A DNA stretch of 42,970 nt from Saprospiraceae bacterium (GCA_033720735.1 JAWWBX010000004.1:1-42970), one strand, 5' to 3'; shown: positions 1 through 10,779, counted from the first letter of the stretch. Numbers and translations: made by a program. Notes: generated by a model not told the origin, from the letters alone.

Positions 1-298
1 CCTCCGCAGATCAGGTGCGGCACGGCGTCCACTCCATAGCGGTGCATGATCGCAGCACAGATGCCCACGGTACCAGGACGCTTGCGGATCGAGGACTTCT
101 CGTAGTATCCGTCGGGCTTGCGCTGGTAGATGTATTCTTCGCGATGGTAGGTCACGTCGATGAAGGGCGGTTCGAACTCCATCAGCGGGTCCAGCGCATT
201 GAAGATGTCCTCGACACTTCCCCCTTTGAGAGGGGGCAGGATCTCAAAAGAGATGAGGGTGCGACCCTGTGCCTGCGTGAAGTAGTCAGTGACTTTCA
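1..298 (-). CDS. metF: 5,10-methylenetetrahydrofolate reductase, N-terminal fragment only (the 3' part of the gene lies beyond the window start)
   Basis: Reverse-strand translation from an ATG near 296-298 reads MKVTDYFTQAQGRTLISFEILPPLKGGSVEDIFNALDPLMEFEPPFIDVTYHREEY...HLICGG. That is the typical MTHFR N-terminus (ISFE(F/I)xPP ... ICGG). The frame stays open to position 1. Confidence 0.75.
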
Positions 299-368
299 TT
301 TGTATTGCGGGATGCTGGACTTAGGGAAACGGTGCAAATTGTGTGCCCAATGCACAGCGGCGACCGGG

Positions 369-1034
369 CTACTGCTTTTTCTTTCGTTTGAAGTCGCCGC
401 GCTTGAGGGCTTCAATAAACTGCTTCCACGCAAACACATTCAGGACATTCATCGGCCTGATCTGTCCCTCATAATAGTAGGCCTGTGCTTGCTGACGAAG
501 GAAGAAGTCGACGTTCTCGTCGCCGTCGGTAGGCAGGAAGGCGATCAGTTGCGCCAGCGCCCGGTCTGAAAGGTTCTCGTTGGCCAGGGCCTCCAGCTCG
601 CTTTCAACGTCCATGGCCAGAAATTCCAACTTGAAATGCTCACGGCTTGGCCAGGGGTAGATCACTGTCTCGGGAAGCAGGAAGGTGTCGCGCCGCATCA
701 ACTGGAACAGAGAATAGCGTGTGCCTTGCAAGGTGTCTGGTACCACGTACTCCACATCCTTGTAACCGATCGATGAGAACACGACGGTTTCTCCTTTTCT
801 CGCCACCAGCGAGAAGAACCCCTCATTGCTCGAGAAGGTCCCGCGCTGCGTCGACTGCACATAGATATTGACGTACGGAAGTGGTTCGACCCCGCCATTC
901 TCATCGGTCCACACCAGGCCCGAAAGCTGAACGATATCTGATGTATCGGCCAGGGCCTGCCCGCGCAGTGCAGGCTGGATGGCACAAAGTATCAGTAGGG
1001 CCAGAATTGCGTGAAGTAAGAGTCTGCTTGCCAT
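369..1034 (-). CDS. secreted protein with a carboxypeptidase-regulatory-like (CarboxypepD_reg) domain
   Basis: 221 aa. N-terminal signal peptide (LLLHAILALLILCAIQPALRGQA). The segment SGLVWTDENGGVEPLPYVNIYVQSTQRGTFSSNEGFFSL...GETVVFSSIGY is the typical CarboxypepD_reg beta-sandwich. Confidence 0.55.
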   Translation of the reverse strand: MASRLLLHAILALLILCAIQPALRGQALADTSDIVQLSGLVWTDENGGVEPLPYVNIYVQSTQRGTFSSNEGFFSLVARKGETVVFSSIGYKDVEYVVPDTLQGTRYSLFQLMRRDTFLLPETVIYPWPSREHFKLEFLAMDVESELEALANENLSDRALAQLIAFLPTDGDENVDFFLRQQAQAYYYEGQIRPMNVLNVFAWKQFIEALKRGDFKRKKKQ

Positions 1035-1134
1035 ATCCGGTAGCCGCCAAAATTACTGATTTCCAACATTATAAACGTCGCCGCTACATCCAGGCCACCT
1101 CACGTGATGTGCTTTAACAAAGCCTTAACCTTAC

Positions 1135-3549
1135 TTAGAATGACCAGACGCCCAGAGCGTAGTTGAGCACTTCCTCCATGCGGTCAACATAGGCAAACTG
1201 CATATCGCCGATATAGGTCTTGTCTATTTCAGCGACGTGCTTCTCATTTTGCTTGCTGAGGAGCACCTCCCGCATACCTGCCCGCCGCGCGGCAAGGACC
1301 TTCTCTTTGATACCGCCCACGGGCAAAACCTTACCGCGCAAGGTGATCTCGCCGGTCATAGCCAGGAAAGGTTTGACCGATTTCTTCTTGAACGCTGAGG
1401 TCAGGGCAACCAGCATGGTGACGCCGGCCGAGGGTCCGTCTTTGGGAATCGCCCCTTCGGGCACATGGATATGAATGTCGGTTGTGTCAAACACCTCAGG
1501 ATCAATATCAAGTGAACTGCTGTTGGCCTTGATAAAGCTGAGGGCCGTCGATGCTGATTCTTTCATTACGTCACCGAGATTCCCGGTAAGCGTCAGCTTG
1601 CCCTTGCCCTTACTGAGGCTCGCTTCGATAAACAGGATATCACCCCCCACGCGGGTCCATGCGAGGCCGATCGCGACCCCCGGGGCCTGTTTCTCCTGAT
1701 ACACCTCTTTGCTGTAGATCGTTGGACCAAGCAGGTCACGCACGTCGTCTGCAGATATGCTGGGATTGTACTGCTCTTCCATCGCCACCTTCTTGGCGAT
1801 CCCGCGCATCACGCCCGCCAGCTTGCGATCAAGGTTGCGCACGCCCGACTCGCGTGTGTAATATTCAATGATCTCCTGCAAGACCCTGGCAGACATCCGG
1901 ACATCCTTGCCTGTCAACCCGTGTTCCTTACGCTGTTTCGGAACCAGGTGCCGTCGGGCGATCTCCAGTTTCTCCTCCGTCGAATACCCGCTGATCTCAA
2001 TGATCTCCATACGGTCAAGCAGCGCCGGCTGGATCGTGCTCAGCGTGTTGGCCGTAGCGACAAAAAGCACTTTGGACAGGTCGTATTCCAGTTCGAGGTA
2101 GTTGTCGTGGAACGATCCATTCTGTTCCGGATCGAGCACTTCGAGCAACGCCGAAGAGGGATCACCACGGAAGTCCTTCCCGACCTTGTCTATCTCATCC
2201 AGGATAAACACCGGGTTGGAGGCACCGGCCTTCTTGATCGACTGGATGATACGCCCCGGCATCGCGCCGATGTAGGTCTTGCGATGGCCACGGATCTCGG
2301 ATTCGTCGTGCAAGCCCCCCAGGGACATGCGCACGAAGCGCCGGTTGAGTGCAGTGGCGATCGACCGTCCGAGCGAAGTCTTGCCCACCCCGGGAGGGCC
2401 TACCAGACAAAGGATTGGGGCCTTCATGTCGCCCTTCAGTTTGAGCACGGCGAGGTGCTCCAGGATCCGTTCCTTCACTTTCTCGAGGCCGAAATGGTCC
2501 TTGTCGAGTTGTTTCCTGACTTTGGCAAGGTCAAACTGGTCAGAGGAATATTTGTGCCAGGGCAGCTCGAGGAGCAATTCAACGTAGTTGAGGACAACGG
2601 AGTACTCGGCTACCTGTGGATTCATCCGGCGCGCCTTGGCAATCTCCTTGTCAAACGTCTCTTGTACTTCTTCCGGCCATTTCTTGGCCTTGGAGCGTTC
2701 GATCAGCTCGAGAAGTTCTGCTTCCTGCGGATTCTGGCCAAGCTCTTCCTGGATCGTCTTGAGCTGCTGACTGAGAAAGTAGTCCCGCTGCTGCTTTTCG
2801 ATATCACCGCGCACCTTGGTTTCGATCTGATCCTTGAGTTCCAGCAGCTGCAACTCGCTCAGCATATATTCGTGCACCTTGTTGCCCATATCATGCAGTG
2901 CCTCGACCTCGAGGAGTTCCTGCTTCTTGGGCACGTCGATCCCGAGGTTTGAGGCAATGAAACTCAGCAAATGGCCCTCCTGCTTGATATTGCGCAACAT
3001 CACGGCAGCCTCGTTTGGGATCTGTGGCGATAGCTTGATGATCCGCTCGGCAAGGTCCCTGATGGATGAGATCAATGCCTCGAACTCCAGATTCTCACTC
3101 GGTATCCGATATGGCATCATCTCGATCCGTCCCTCCATCATCGGATCTTCAGCCAGCATCTCCGTCAGAGCAATTCGTGAACGCCCCTGAATGATGGCCG
3201 TGATGGTGCCATCCGGCATTTTGAGCAACTTCAGGATGCGCGCGGCTGTACCTGTGCGGTACAGGTCATCAAAGTGCGGATCCTCGTCTTCGTCATTTCG
3301 CTGGGAAAACACGGCTACGATCTTGTGGGTCTCGTGCGCCTTGCGCACTGCCAGGATCGACTTGTCGCGTCCGATCGTGATCGGGATCACAATCCCTGGA
3401 AATAACACCGTATTCTTCAAGGCCAGGACCGGTAGTGTCTCGGGGTAGGTCTCACTGGCGGAAGGCTCTTCGTCGTCGGTCACCGAAATGAGTGGCATAT
3501 AATCCACATCATCGGTCAGGCCGGATAGTATCTTCAGATCATCAAACAT
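1135..3549 (-). CDS. lon: ATP-dependent Lon protease (LonA)
   Basis: Lon N-domain ([19 protein letters not shown]), Walker [10 protein letters not shown], sensor and arginine-finger region, and the proteolytic Ser motif PKDGPSAG. The ORF track extends to 3672 (845 aa), but the first 41 residues look non-protein-like. The ATG for MFDDLK at 3549 gives 805 aa, the usual Lon length. Confidence 0.93.
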   Translation of the reverse strand: MFDDLKILSGLTDDVDYMPLISVTDDEEPSASETYPETLPVLALKNTVLFPGIVIPITIGRDKSILAVRKAHETHKIVAVFSQRNDEDEDPHFDDLYRTGTAARILKLLKMPDGTITAIIQGRSRIALTEMLAEDPMMEGRIEMMPYRIPSENLEFEALISSIRDLAERIIKLSPQIPNEAAVMLRNIKQEGHLLSFIASNLGIDVPKKQELLEVEALHDMGNKVHEYMLSELQLLELKDQIETKVRGDIEKQQRDYFLSQQLKTIQEELGQNPQEAELLELIERSKAKKWPEEVQETFDKEIAKARRMNPQVAEYSVVLNYVELLLELPWHKYSSDQFDLAKVRKQLDKDHFGLEKVKERILEHLAVLKLKGDMKAPILCLVGPPGVGKTSLGRSIATALNRRFVRMSLGGLHDESEIRGHRKTYIGAMPGRIIQSIKKAGASNPVFILDEIDKVGKDFRGDPSSALLEVLDPEQNGSFHDNYLELEYDLSKVLFVATANTLSTIQPALLDRMEIIEISGYSTEEKLEIARRHLVPKQRKEHGLTGKDVRMSARVLQEIIEYYTRESGVRNLDRKLAGVMRGIAKKVAMEEQYNPSISADDVRDLLGPTIYSKEVYQEKQAPGVAIGLAWTRVGGDILFIEASLSKGKGKLTLTGNLGDVMKESASTALSFIKANSSSLDIDPEVFDTTDIHIHVPEGAIPKDGPSAGVTMLVALTSAFKKKSVKPFLAMTGEITLRGKVLPVGGIKEKVLAARRAGMREVLLSKQNEKHVAEIDKTYIGDMQFAYVDRMEEVLNYALGVWSF

Positions 3550-3565
3550 CACCCTCGTATCTGGT

Positions 3566-3580
3566 GTGTCAAAATGACAC
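3566..3580. promoter_or_regulatory. 15-bp perfect palindrome GTGTCA-AAA-TGACAC about 16 nt upstream of the lon ATG, with TTGACA and TACAAT hexamers further upstream on the lon strand
   Basis: Read directly: ...ctggtGTGTCAaaaTGACACgtga... On the lon strand: TTGACActtccagcgaagagTACAATtgcataatcacGTGTCAtttTGACACaccagatacgagggtgATG. Confidence 0.4.
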
Positions 3581-3702
3581 GTGATTATGCAATTGTACTC
3601 TTCGCTGGAAGTGTCAAGGACTGTGCCATGGGAAAATAAGGCCCGTGAACATGAAAAGATTGCCGTATTCATACCCCCCGCCTCGAAAAATCAGACATTT
3701 CG

Positions 3703-5616
3703 TCAGGCCGACGTTACCGCGTGCTCGCTGGCGGGCTGTTCGGCAGCAGGTCCGTTCTCCGTCTCTTCGGCGACGATGTCTACTTCGAGTTTGAGGTTCT
3801 CGATGATAAATTCCTGTCGTTCGGGCGTATTCTTTCCCATGTAGTACAGCAGAACGTCATCGATGTTGACGTCGTCGGCCATATGGACCGGCTCGAGGCG
3901 GATCTGCTCGCCAATGAGGTCCTCAAACTCTTCGGGCGAGATCTCTCCGAGGCCTTTGAAGCGAGTGATCTCCGGTTTCCCCTTGAGTCGGCGGATGGCT
4001 GCCTTCTTTTCCTGCTCGGAATAGCAATAGATCGTCTCGCGTTTGTCGCGCACCCGGAAGAGCGGTGTCTCCAGGATATAGAGATGTCCTTCTCTGACCA
4101 GGTCCGGGAAGAACTGCAGGAAGAAGGTGAGCAAAAGCAGGCGGATGTGCATCCCGTCGACATCGGCATCGGTGGCGATCACCACCCGGTTGTAGCGCAG
4201 GTCGTCAAGCCCGTCTTCGATTTGCAGCGCGTGCTGCAGCAGGTTGAGCTCCTCATTCTGGTAAACGACCTTCTTGGTCATTCCGAAACAGTTGAGCGGT
4301 TTGCCGCGCAGACTGAAGACTGCCTGGGTCTGGACGTCTCTCGCTTTGGTCAGTGAGCCACTCGCACTATCTCCCTCGGTGATAAAGATCGTGCTGGCAT
4401 TGCGCAGGGCTTCATCAGCCTTGCCGTCCTGATAGTGCACGCGGCAGTCACGCAATTTCTTGTTGTGAAGATTTGCTGCCTTGGCGCGTTTGTTGGCCAG
4501 TTTCTTGATCCCTGCGATCTCCTTGCGTTCGCGTTCCGATTGCTGGATCCGTTTGAGCATGGCCTTGGCCGTCTCCGGATGTTTGTGCAGGAAGTTGTCG
4601 AGATGTGTTGACACAAAATCCACCACGAAGGAGCGGACGGTCACGCCATCGGGTGACATGGTGAGTGACCCCAGCTTGGTTTTTGTCTGCGACTCGAACA
4701 CTGGTTCTTCCACTCTTACGCTGATCGCCGCAATGATCGAGGCGCGGATGTCCTTGGCATCAAAGTTCTTGTTAAAGTGATCACGCACGCCCTTGACGAT
4801 CCCTTCACGGAATGCAGCCTGGTGCGTCCCCCCCTGGGTCGTGTGTTGTCCGTTGACAAACGAGAAATAGTGCTCGCCGTAGTGCTGGCCATGCGTCATG
4901 GCGACCTCGATGTCCTCCCCGGAAAAATGGATCACGGGGTACCGGATGTGCTCCGATTGCGTTTTCTTGTTCAAGAGGTCCAGCAGCCCGTCCTTGGAGT
5001 AGAAGGTCTTGCCCTTGTACTTAATGCGGAGTCCTGCATTGAGATACACGTAGTTCCAGAGCTGTTGCTCGACATACTCGTCCCGGAACTTGTAACCGGG
5101 AAAGATCTCTTCGTCTGGGCGAAACACCACCAGTGTGCCGGTATCCTCGCTACTTTTGACGATGCGACTCTGCGAGGTCAGGTCTCCGAGCTCAAACTCG
5201 GCGATCTTCGTCTTCCCTTCCCGGACAGCCTGCACTTTAAAATACTTGGACAGCGCGTTGACTGCCTTGGTACCCACGCCGTTGAGGCCGACCGACTTCT
5301 TGAATGCCTTGGAGTCGTACTTGCCACCGGTATTGATCCGGGACACGCAATCCACGACCTTACCGAGAGGGATCCCCCGTCCGTAGTCGCGCACTGATAC
5401 CGCACCGTCCTCGATCTCAATATCGATCCGCTTGCCATATCCCATGACGTATTCGTCGATACAGTTGTCGATGACCTCCTTGAGCAGGATGTAGATGCCG
5501 TCATCGGGGCTTGAACCGTCTCCGCGCTTCCCGATATACATGCCCGGCCGGAGCCGGATATGTTCTTTCCAGTCCAGACTGACGATATTCTCCTCTGTGT
5601 ACCTGACCTCAGACAT
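3703..5616 (-). CDS. parE: type IIA DNA topoisomerase ATPase subunit B (GyrB/ParE family), most likely topoisomerase IV subunit ParE
   Basis: GHKL ATPase motifs ([30 protein letters not shown]), a TOPRIM domain ([16 protein letters not shown]), and a short C-terminus. At 637 aa and with the [17 protein letters not shown]-terminus it fits ParE better than GyrB. The track start at 5631 is a TTG; the ATG (MSEVRY) is at 5616. Confidence 0.8.
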   Translation of the reverse strand: MSEVRYTEENIVSLDWKEHIRLRPGMYIGKRGDGSSPDDGIYILLKEVIDNCIDEYVMGYGKRIDIEIEDGAVSVRDYGRGIPLGKVVDCVSRINTGGKYDSKAFKKSVGLNGVGTKAVNALSKYFKVQAVREGKTKIAEFELGDLTSQSRIVKSSEDTGTLVVFRPDEEIFPGYKFRDEYVEQQLWNYVYLNAGLRIKYKGKTFYSKDGLLDLLNKKTQSEHIRYPVIHFSGEDIEVAMTHGQHYGEHYFSFVNGQHTTQGGTHQAAFREGIVKGVRDHFNKNFDAKDIRASIIAAISVRVEEPVFESQTKTKLGSLTMSPDGVTVRSFVVDFVSTHLDNFLHKHPETAKAMLKRIQQSERERKEIAGIKKLANKRAKAANLHNKKLRDCRVHYQDGKADEALRNASTIFITEGDSASGSLTKARDVQTQAVFSLRGKPLNCFGMTKKVVYQNEELNLLQHALQIEDGLDDLRYNRVVIATDADVDGMHIRLLLLTFFLQFFPDLVREGHLYILETPLFRVRDKRETIYCYSEQEKKAAIRRLKGKPEITRFKGLGEISPEEFEDLIGEQIRLEPVHMADDVNIDDVLLYYMGKNTPERQEFIIENLKLEVDIVAEETENGPAAEQPASEHAVTSA

Positions 5617-5721
5617 AGCGAATAGGATCAACGTGTAAAAGTATCAACTTCATATTACAATTAGTAATCATCCGAAATTGAAATGATGGTCGCTGCGAAG
5701 CGGTGCCCGGATCTTGCTGGC

Positions 5722-6228
5722 TTAGTCGTTGCGGCGCACCTTGTATTCGGGCCGGGCGAAGGTCGGAAAGGCCGCACTGCCATAGTGCGAGAATCCCTCT
5801 TCGGTCTTGATTTGCATCTGATAGGTCTCGACAAATCCGCTGAAGAAGGTTCTGAGATCGGCAATTGGAATGTTGCGCGATTTGGTTTTAGGGAAAAAAG
5901 CCAGATGCGCAATGGTACCGTCGGCATTCCAGTAAACGTACATGTAGGTCTTGAGGCCTTGGATGTCGTAGCCGATCGCTTCTGCATAGTCCTCCATCGC
6001 CCCAAGCATGATCATCCATTTTTCGTAGGCGTAGTCCATATCATTGCCGCAAACCCCCAGCAGAATGCCGGGATGAGACACCGACAGTGCAGCAAATGTC
6101 TCTTCCTGCTCGCCAATGAGTGAAACACGATCATCCGGGGTGGCTTGTTCAACCACCTGCGCAGAAGCACCGATCCCGATCAGTAATGAGCAGAACGTGA
6201 TAAGCAAGGGATGTGACAACCTGTTCAA
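5722..6228 (-). CDS. hypothetical secreted protein
   Basis: 168 aa with a clear signal peptide (LLITFCSLLIGIGASAQ). The only in-frame start before an upstream stop is a TTG. I recognise no conserved domain. Confidence 0.45.
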   Translation of the reverse strand: MNRLSHPLLITFCSLLIGIGASAQVVEQATPDDRVSLIGEQEETFAALSVSHPGILLGVCGNDMDYAYEKWMIMLGAMEDYAEAIGYDIQGLKTYMYVYWNADGTIAHLAFFPKTKSRNIPIADLRTFFSGFVETYQMQIKTEEGFSHYGSAAFPTFARPEYKVRRND

Positions 6229-6436
6229 TCTGGAGCCCGAGTTTGTAATGCTAAACAGGCATTCCGTCTAAATTATTACGCCTGTGAGCACAATTTGCCT
6301 AATTCGAACGCACAACTGGCTTGAATCGCTCCAAAGTAAACAAAATCCGGGGCATTTCGTAACCTTGTGGCGACCCGTCACCCGCTGTTGGGAGCCCGCT
6401 GAAACGTGAAGTGATTGATCGAAATAGCACGCTGAC

Positions 6437-6979
6437 ATGTATATAGATCTGTTTCTGGGATTCTTCATTGTCATCGGCCTGATCCAGGGCTTTCATCGCG
6501 GTATCGTCCGCACCCTGTTTGCCGTTGTCAGTATCATCGTCGGACTGCTTGCTGCACTCAAATTCTCGCCACTGGTGGTCAATGTCTTCGAGCATTCTTT
6601 CGGTCTGAACCCCACCCTGTCGCTCGTTCTCGGTTTCTTGCTCACGTTTTTCGTGATCATGTGGGGGATCCGCTGGCTGGGGCGCGGATTCGAGAAGACC
6701 CTGAAGCTGGTTAAACTCAACTTCCTGAACCGCTTGCTGGGAGCAGCACTTTTTGTCGCGCTGATGATCGTGACCTATAGCGCCATTATCTGGTTTCTCG
6801 GCCGCACCGAGTTTGTCAGCCCTGAGCAAAAGGCTTCCTCTTTGAGCTACCCTTATCTCTCACAGATCCCTGAGTATACGAGTGCGGCGATCGAATCACT
6901 GCGCCCCGTGTTCAAGGGATTCGTGGATAAAATGGACGCGGTGATCAATGCGACGGATACCATCCCGGCAACGGAATGA
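6437..6979 (+). CDS. cvpA: CvpA-family (colicin V production) integral membrane protein
   Basis: 180 aa with four predicted TM helices. The N-terminus MYIDLFLGFFIVIGLIQGFHRGIVRTLFAVVSIIVGLLAALKF is typical of the CvpA/DedE family. Confidence 0.7.
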   Translation: MYIDLFLGFFIVIGLIQGFHRGIVRTLFAVVSIIVGLLAALKFSPLVVNVFEHSFGLNPTLSLVLGFLLTFFVIMWGIRWLGRGFEKTLKLVKLNFLNRLLGAALFVALMIVTYSAIIWFLGRTEFVSPEQKASSLSYPYLSQIPEYTSAAIESLRPVFKGFVDKMDAVINATDTIPATE

Positions 6980-7972
6980 TCAACCTTGCAGGATCTGCCA
7001 CAGCTTGTCCTTGAGTTGGGTCAGTCCCTCACCGGTAACGGCAGAGATAAACAGATGATCGACTTCTGTGGGGATCTCCGCTGAGAGCAATTGCCGCAAT
7101 TCGGCATCGGCGAGATCGGCCTTGGTAATGGCCAGCAAGCGCGGTTTGTCCAGCAGCTCGGGGTTGTACATCTCCAGTTCGTGACAGAGTGTGCGGTATT
7201 CTGACGAGATCTGCTCACTATCGCACGGGATCATAAACAGCAGGGCTGCATTTCGTTCGATGTGTCGCAAAAAGCGATGACCCAGGCCCTTGCCCAGATG
7301 GGCATCCTCGATAATCCCGGGAATATCTGCCATCACGAAGGAGCGCGCATCGCGATAAGCCACGATCCCCAGATTGGGTACCAGAGTAGTAAACGCGTAA
7401 GCAGCAATCTTCGGTTTGGCCGCGGAAACTGCCGCCAGCAAGGTCGACTTGCCGGCATTGGGGAATCCGACCAGCCCCACGTCCGCCAGCACCTTGAGTT
7501 CCAACACCTTCCACAACTCCTGACCGGGCTCTCCAGGTTGCGCATAGCGCGGTGCCTGACGGGTCGGTGATTTGAAATGCGTGTTGCCCAAACCGCCTCG
7601 GCCGCCCTGGATCAGAACCTTTTCCTCTCCATCTTCAGTGATCTCAAAGTCGATCGTGTCCGTTTCAACGTCCCTTGCCACCGTGCCGAGCGGCACTTCG
7701 AGTACGACATCTTCACCAGACGCCCCGGTCATGTTGTTGCCACGGCCTGGTTGGCCATGTCCGGCAATGACATGCTTGCGGTATTTGAGATGCAGGAGCG
7801 TCCAGAGCTGTGCGTTGCCGCGCAGGATGATATGGCCACCCCTGCCGCCATCGCCGCCGTCAGGACCGCCCCGCGGATTGAACTTCTCCCGGTGGAAATG
7901 TGCCGACCCGCTACCACCATGACCGGAGCGGCACATGATCTTGACGTAGTCAACAAAATTTTGCTCGGCCAT
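6980..7972 (-). CDS. obg: GTPase Obg/CgtA
   Basis: Obg fold with the Gly-rich N-domain (FVDYVKI...GHGGSGS...[12 protein letters not shown]) and GTPase G1-G4 motifs ([17 protein letters not shown]). Confidence 0.95.
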   Translation of the reverse strand: MAEQNFVDYVKIMCRSGHGGSGSAHFHREKFNPRGGPDGGDGGRGGHIILRGNAQLWTLLHLKYRKHVIAGHGQPGRGNNMTGASGEDVVLEVPLGTVARDVETDTIDFEITEDGEEKVLIQGGRGGLGNTHFKSPTRQAPRYAQPGEPGQELWKVLELKVLADVGLVGFPNAGKSTLLAAVSAAKPKIAAYAFTTLVPNLGIVAYRDARSFVMADIPGIIEDAHLGKGLGHRFLRHIERNAALLFMIPCDSEQISSEYRTLCHELEMYNPELLDKPRLLAITKADLADAELRQLLSAEIPTEVDHLFISAVTGEGLTQLKDKLWQILQG

Positions 7973-7981
7973 GGGCCAGTG

Positions 7982-8566
7982 TTAAGTGGTCACCGCGATA
8001 GGATCGATCACTGCGCAAAGCCGCTGGAAGATCTCCTCGATCGACCCCACACCATTGACCGCATGCGACTTGCCGTGCTGAGCATAATGCTCGAAAACAG
8101 GCGTGGTTTCCTGTTCATACACTGCAATGCGATTGCGGATGATCCCGGCATCATTGTCATCCGGACGTCCGGAGGTCTTGCCCCGCAACAGGATGCGCTG
8201 TACAATCTCATCCTCCGGGACATCCAGGGCGACCAGCGCGGAGACTGCAGTGCCGCGTTCGTCAAGCAGGCTGTCCAGTGCCTTTGCCTGGTCCGTTGTT
8301 CTCGGGAAGCCGTCGAAAATGAAACCGCGCGCCTGCGGGAATTCATCGACACGGTTCTTCAGCATACCGATCGTCACCTCGTCGGGAACGAGCTCACCCC
8401 GGGTCATGTAACCCTTGGCGCGCAGGCCCAGCTCCGTTTCATTGCGCATCTCGTTGCGGAACAGATCGCCGGTCGAGATATGGATCAGCTGGTACTTCTC
8501 AACCAGCTTGTCGGCCTGGGTCCCCTTACCCGAACCGGGCGGACCAAAAAGGATGAGATTCAACAT
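7982..8566 (-). CDS. adk: adenylate kinase
   Basis: 194 aa with P-loop GPPGSGKGTQA, and the NMP-binding and LID motifs (GDLFR, GFPRT, RPDD). Confidence 0.95.
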   Translation of the reverse strand: MLNLILFGPPGSGKGTQADKLVEKYQLIHISTGDLFRNEMRNETELGLRAKGYMTRGELVPDEVTIGMLKNRVDEFPQARGFIFDGFPRTTDQAKALDSLLDERGTAVSALVALDVPEDEIVQRILLRGKTSGRPDDNDAGIIRNRIAVYEQETTPVFEHYAQHGKSHAVNGVGSIEEIFQRLCAVIDPIAVTT

Positions 8567-8662
8567 GATGTATGCTTTAGAGCGGTCGAAATTACAAAAA
8601 AGGATTCCCTGTCAGGCAACGGGGAAGCGGTCCACGGGGTTCCGGCAGGATGAACTATGCGC

Positions 8663-9190
8663 TCAGAGATCCGTGAGATCGACGGCCCACAACGTCCGGT
8701 TTCGCCAGTAATCCGACCCCAGGATATTGTCGCGCACGACACCGCGTGAGCTGGTACTATGCACGACGTCGATGCGATTGCGGTCGCGGGACAGAACGAT
8801 GGCGACGTGCGTGACGCGGTTGCCATGACCGAAAAAGATGAGGTCGCCCGGACGTACCCTGGTCACTTCTTTTTTCCGTCCGAGCCGCGCTTGCTCGTGT
8901 GAAGTACGGGGCAACTGGATCTGGGCTTGACGCATGACATAGCAGGTAAATCCGGAACAGTCAAATCCACGTGCCGGCGAGTCACCACCATACCGGTAGC
9001 CAACGCCGATGAGTGACTCGGCAAAGTCGACCAGGGCGGTCCGCTGCACGTCAGGACTGACAGTCCGGCTGACTCCGGTATGTCCCGCCTTCCGTTCGGA
9101 CCTGCTGTCATTCCTGGTATAGTCTGTCCCTGGTCGCGGCGAAGCGCATGCCACCAACCCTGCCAGGGTGAGCCACCAAATGCTTTTCAT
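8663..9190 (-). CDS. NlpC/P60 (C40) cell-wall peptidase, lipoprotein
   Basis: Lipoprotein signal (LAGLVAC), catalytic Cys motif DCSGFTCYV, and a His further downstream. Confidence 0.8.
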   Translation of the reverse strand: MKSIWWLTLAGLVACASPRPGTDYTRNDSRSERKAGHTGVSRTVSPDVQRTALVDFAESLIGVGYRYGGDSPARGFDCSGFTCYVMRQAQIQLPRTSHEQARLGRKKEVTRVRPGDLIFFGHGNRVTHVAIVLSRDRNRIDVVHSTSSRGVVRDNILGSDYWRNRTLWAVDLTDL

Positions 9191-9209
9191 AATGAGCTAA
9201 AATAAGATG

Positions 9210-9243
9210 TTTTACACATTAAAAATATCAATAATGTGTAAAA
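9210..9243. promoter_or_regulatory. 11-bp perfect inverted repeat TTTTACACATT-N12-AATGTGTAAAA inside a ~60-bp AT-rich island between the CN-hydrolase stop and the NlpC/P60 start
   Basis: Read directly: gatgTTTTACACATTaaaaatatcaatAATGTGTAAAAtcg. The local AT content is far above the window average. Confidence 0.45.
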
Positions 9244-9262
9244 TCGTACCGGGCGAATGCTC

Positions 9263-10042
9263 CTAGTGAATGGTAAAACGATCGCGGTCGGCCAGAAAAT
9301 TGTACTCGGAGCGAAATTGCCGGAGCGCGGCCAGGTTGAGGGTGATCGTCCGCACGTCCTCTTCTGCGGGTGATGCGCAGATCAGGTGTCCGGTCATGTC
9401 GTAGGCGGAGGAAGCACCGACATACCGGTTGGACAGCGGGTCTTCGCCGACCCGGTTGACGCCGACAACATAGCAGAGATTCTCGATGGCACGGGCACGC
9501 AGCAGCGCTTTCCATGCTTCGACCCGTGGCGCTGGCCAGTTGGCCACGTAGATGAGGACGTCGTAGTCAACATCATTGCGGCTCCACACCGGGAACCGCA
9601 GATCGTAACATACGAGAGGGCAGACCTGCCACCCCTTGACTGACTGGATCAAGCGATGGTTGCCAGGTATATAGTGCTCATTTTCGCCGGCATAGCTGAA
9701 AAGGTGCCGTTTGTCGTAGTGGGCAAGGGTTCCGTCTGGAGCGACACTCAGGAGTCGGTTGTAGTAACGGCCTTCCTCAACAATCACCTGGCTCCCCATG
9801 CAAACGCATTGCATTCGCGCTGCAGTGTGGGTGAGCCACTGCACCACTGCGCCGGACATGTCCTGTGCCACCCGTTGCGGCTCGATGGCAAACCCGCTGG
9901 CAAACATTTCGGGCAGCAGCAGCAGGTCGACCTGCTGATCGAGCTGAGCAATGAGCCGATCAAGATTGGTAATGTTTGCTTGCCAGTCCTCCCAGATGAG
10001 GTCAGGCTGGATATAGCCAATGATCAAGGAGTCTGCCTGCAT
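9263..10042 (-). CDS. carbon-nitrogen hydrolase family amidohydrolase (Nit2/omega-amidase-like)
   Basis: CN-hydrolase catalytic triad context: LLPEMF (Glu), Lys, and VCYDLRFP (Cys). 259 aa. Confidence 0.8.
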   Translation of the reverse strand: MQADSLIIGYIQPDLIWEDWQANITNLDRLIAQLDQQVDLLLLPEMFASGFAIEPQRVAQDMSGAVVQWLTHTAARMQCVCMGSQVIVEEGRYYNRLLSVAPDGTLAHYDKRHLFSYAGENEHYIPGNHRLIQSVKGWQVCPLVCYDLRFPVWSRNDVDYDVLIYVANWPAPRVEAWKALLRARAIENLCYVVGVNRVGEDPLSNRYVGASSAYDMTGHLICASPAEEDVRTITLNLAALRQFRSEYNFLADRDRFTIH

Positions 10043-10107
10043 GGTGGTCGGTTTGGCAGCTCAAGATACGCAGTCCAGCACACGCCGTGCTGTCTCAACA
10101 GGATGGA

Positions 10108-10779
10108 TTATTCTGAGGCCTCTTCGGTGGCCGGTGCGTCACCGCCTTCAGCCTCTCCGGCATCGCCGCCTTCTTCACCTTCCTCATCTTCATCACCCTC
10201 TTCACCTTCGGCTACTTCGGTAGCGGTCTTCAGCGCTCTCGGGATCTGTACGGAGGCCACGGGCATATTGCCGTCATTCAGTATCAGCACGCCCTCGGGT
10301 ACCCGACATTCCTTTACACGCACCGATTGTCCCACCTGCAATTGCGAGACATCAAGCACGACTTCGGTCAGCAATTTTTCGGCGGTTGTCATGACGCTGA
10401 TGCGACGGAGCTTCTGGATGAGTTTACCGCCTGCCTTCAAGCCCGGTGCCGTTCCGGTAAATCGGACGGGCACTTCGACTTTGATCTTGCGACCTGGCAC
10501 CAGTTCCTGAAAATCGATGTGCACGATGTCTTCTGTGACCGGGTGGAACTGCACATCGCGGATGATGCAGCGTACCGGCTTGCCGTCAAGTTCCAATTCT
10601 ACGACTTTGAAATCAGCCGTGTAGATGGCGTCACGTACGGCGTTGAATTCGACCGCGATCGGATTGACATCCTCGCCACCGTAGACAACTGCCGGGATCA
10701 ACCCGTCGTTTCGTGTTGCCCGGGCACCTTTCGAACCGGTCATTTCGCGTGATGATGCCTTGACTGCCACAGTTTCCAT
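10108..10779 (-). CDS. rplY: 50S ribosomal protein L25 / general stress protein Ctc, with a long acidic C-terminal tail
   Basis: The N-terminal L25 fold (RNDGLIPAVVYGG) and the Ctc C-domain are followed by about 35 aa of E/D/G-rich tail. Confidence 0.85.
   Translation of the reverse strand: METVAVKASSREMTGSKGARATRNDGLIPAVVYGGEDVNPIAVEFNAVRDAIYTADFKVVELELDGKPVRCIIRDVQFHPVTEDIVHIDFQELVPGRKIKVEVPVRFTGTAPGLKAGGKLIQKLRRISVMTTAEKLLTEVVLDVSQLQVGQSVRVKECRVPEGVLILNDGNMPVASVQIPRALKTATEVAEGEEGDEDEEGEEGGDAGEAEGGDAPATEEASE

Noticed and set aside
15-569. 184-aa + strand ORF at the window start
   Set aside because: It is antisense to the metF fragment (MKVTDYF... on the minus strand) and to the CarboxypepD_reg protein.
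1921-2952. 343-aa ORF on the + strand inside lon
   Set aside because: It is antisense to a strongly supported Lon CDS, has no recognisable domain and a low-complexity composition. This is a typical stop-codon-poor antisense frame in GC-rich DNA.
6229-6436. Looked for a tRNA or small RNA in the 208-bp divergent spacer, and likewise in 11857-12028 and 18789-18995
   Set aside because: No acceptor-stem/T-arm pattern (GTTCGAATC-type) or cloverleaf pairing could be found. These are best explained as divergent promoter regions.
7577-8653. 358-aa + strand ORF spanning obg and adk
   Set aside because: It overlaps two well-supported minus-strand genes in antisense and has no domain signature. A GC-rich artifact.
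9656-10510. 284-aa + strand ORF across the CN-hydrolase and rplY genes
   Set aside because: It spans two real minus-strand genes and their spacer. Its Ser/Pro-rich tail mirrors the acidic tail of L25 read on the opposite strand.
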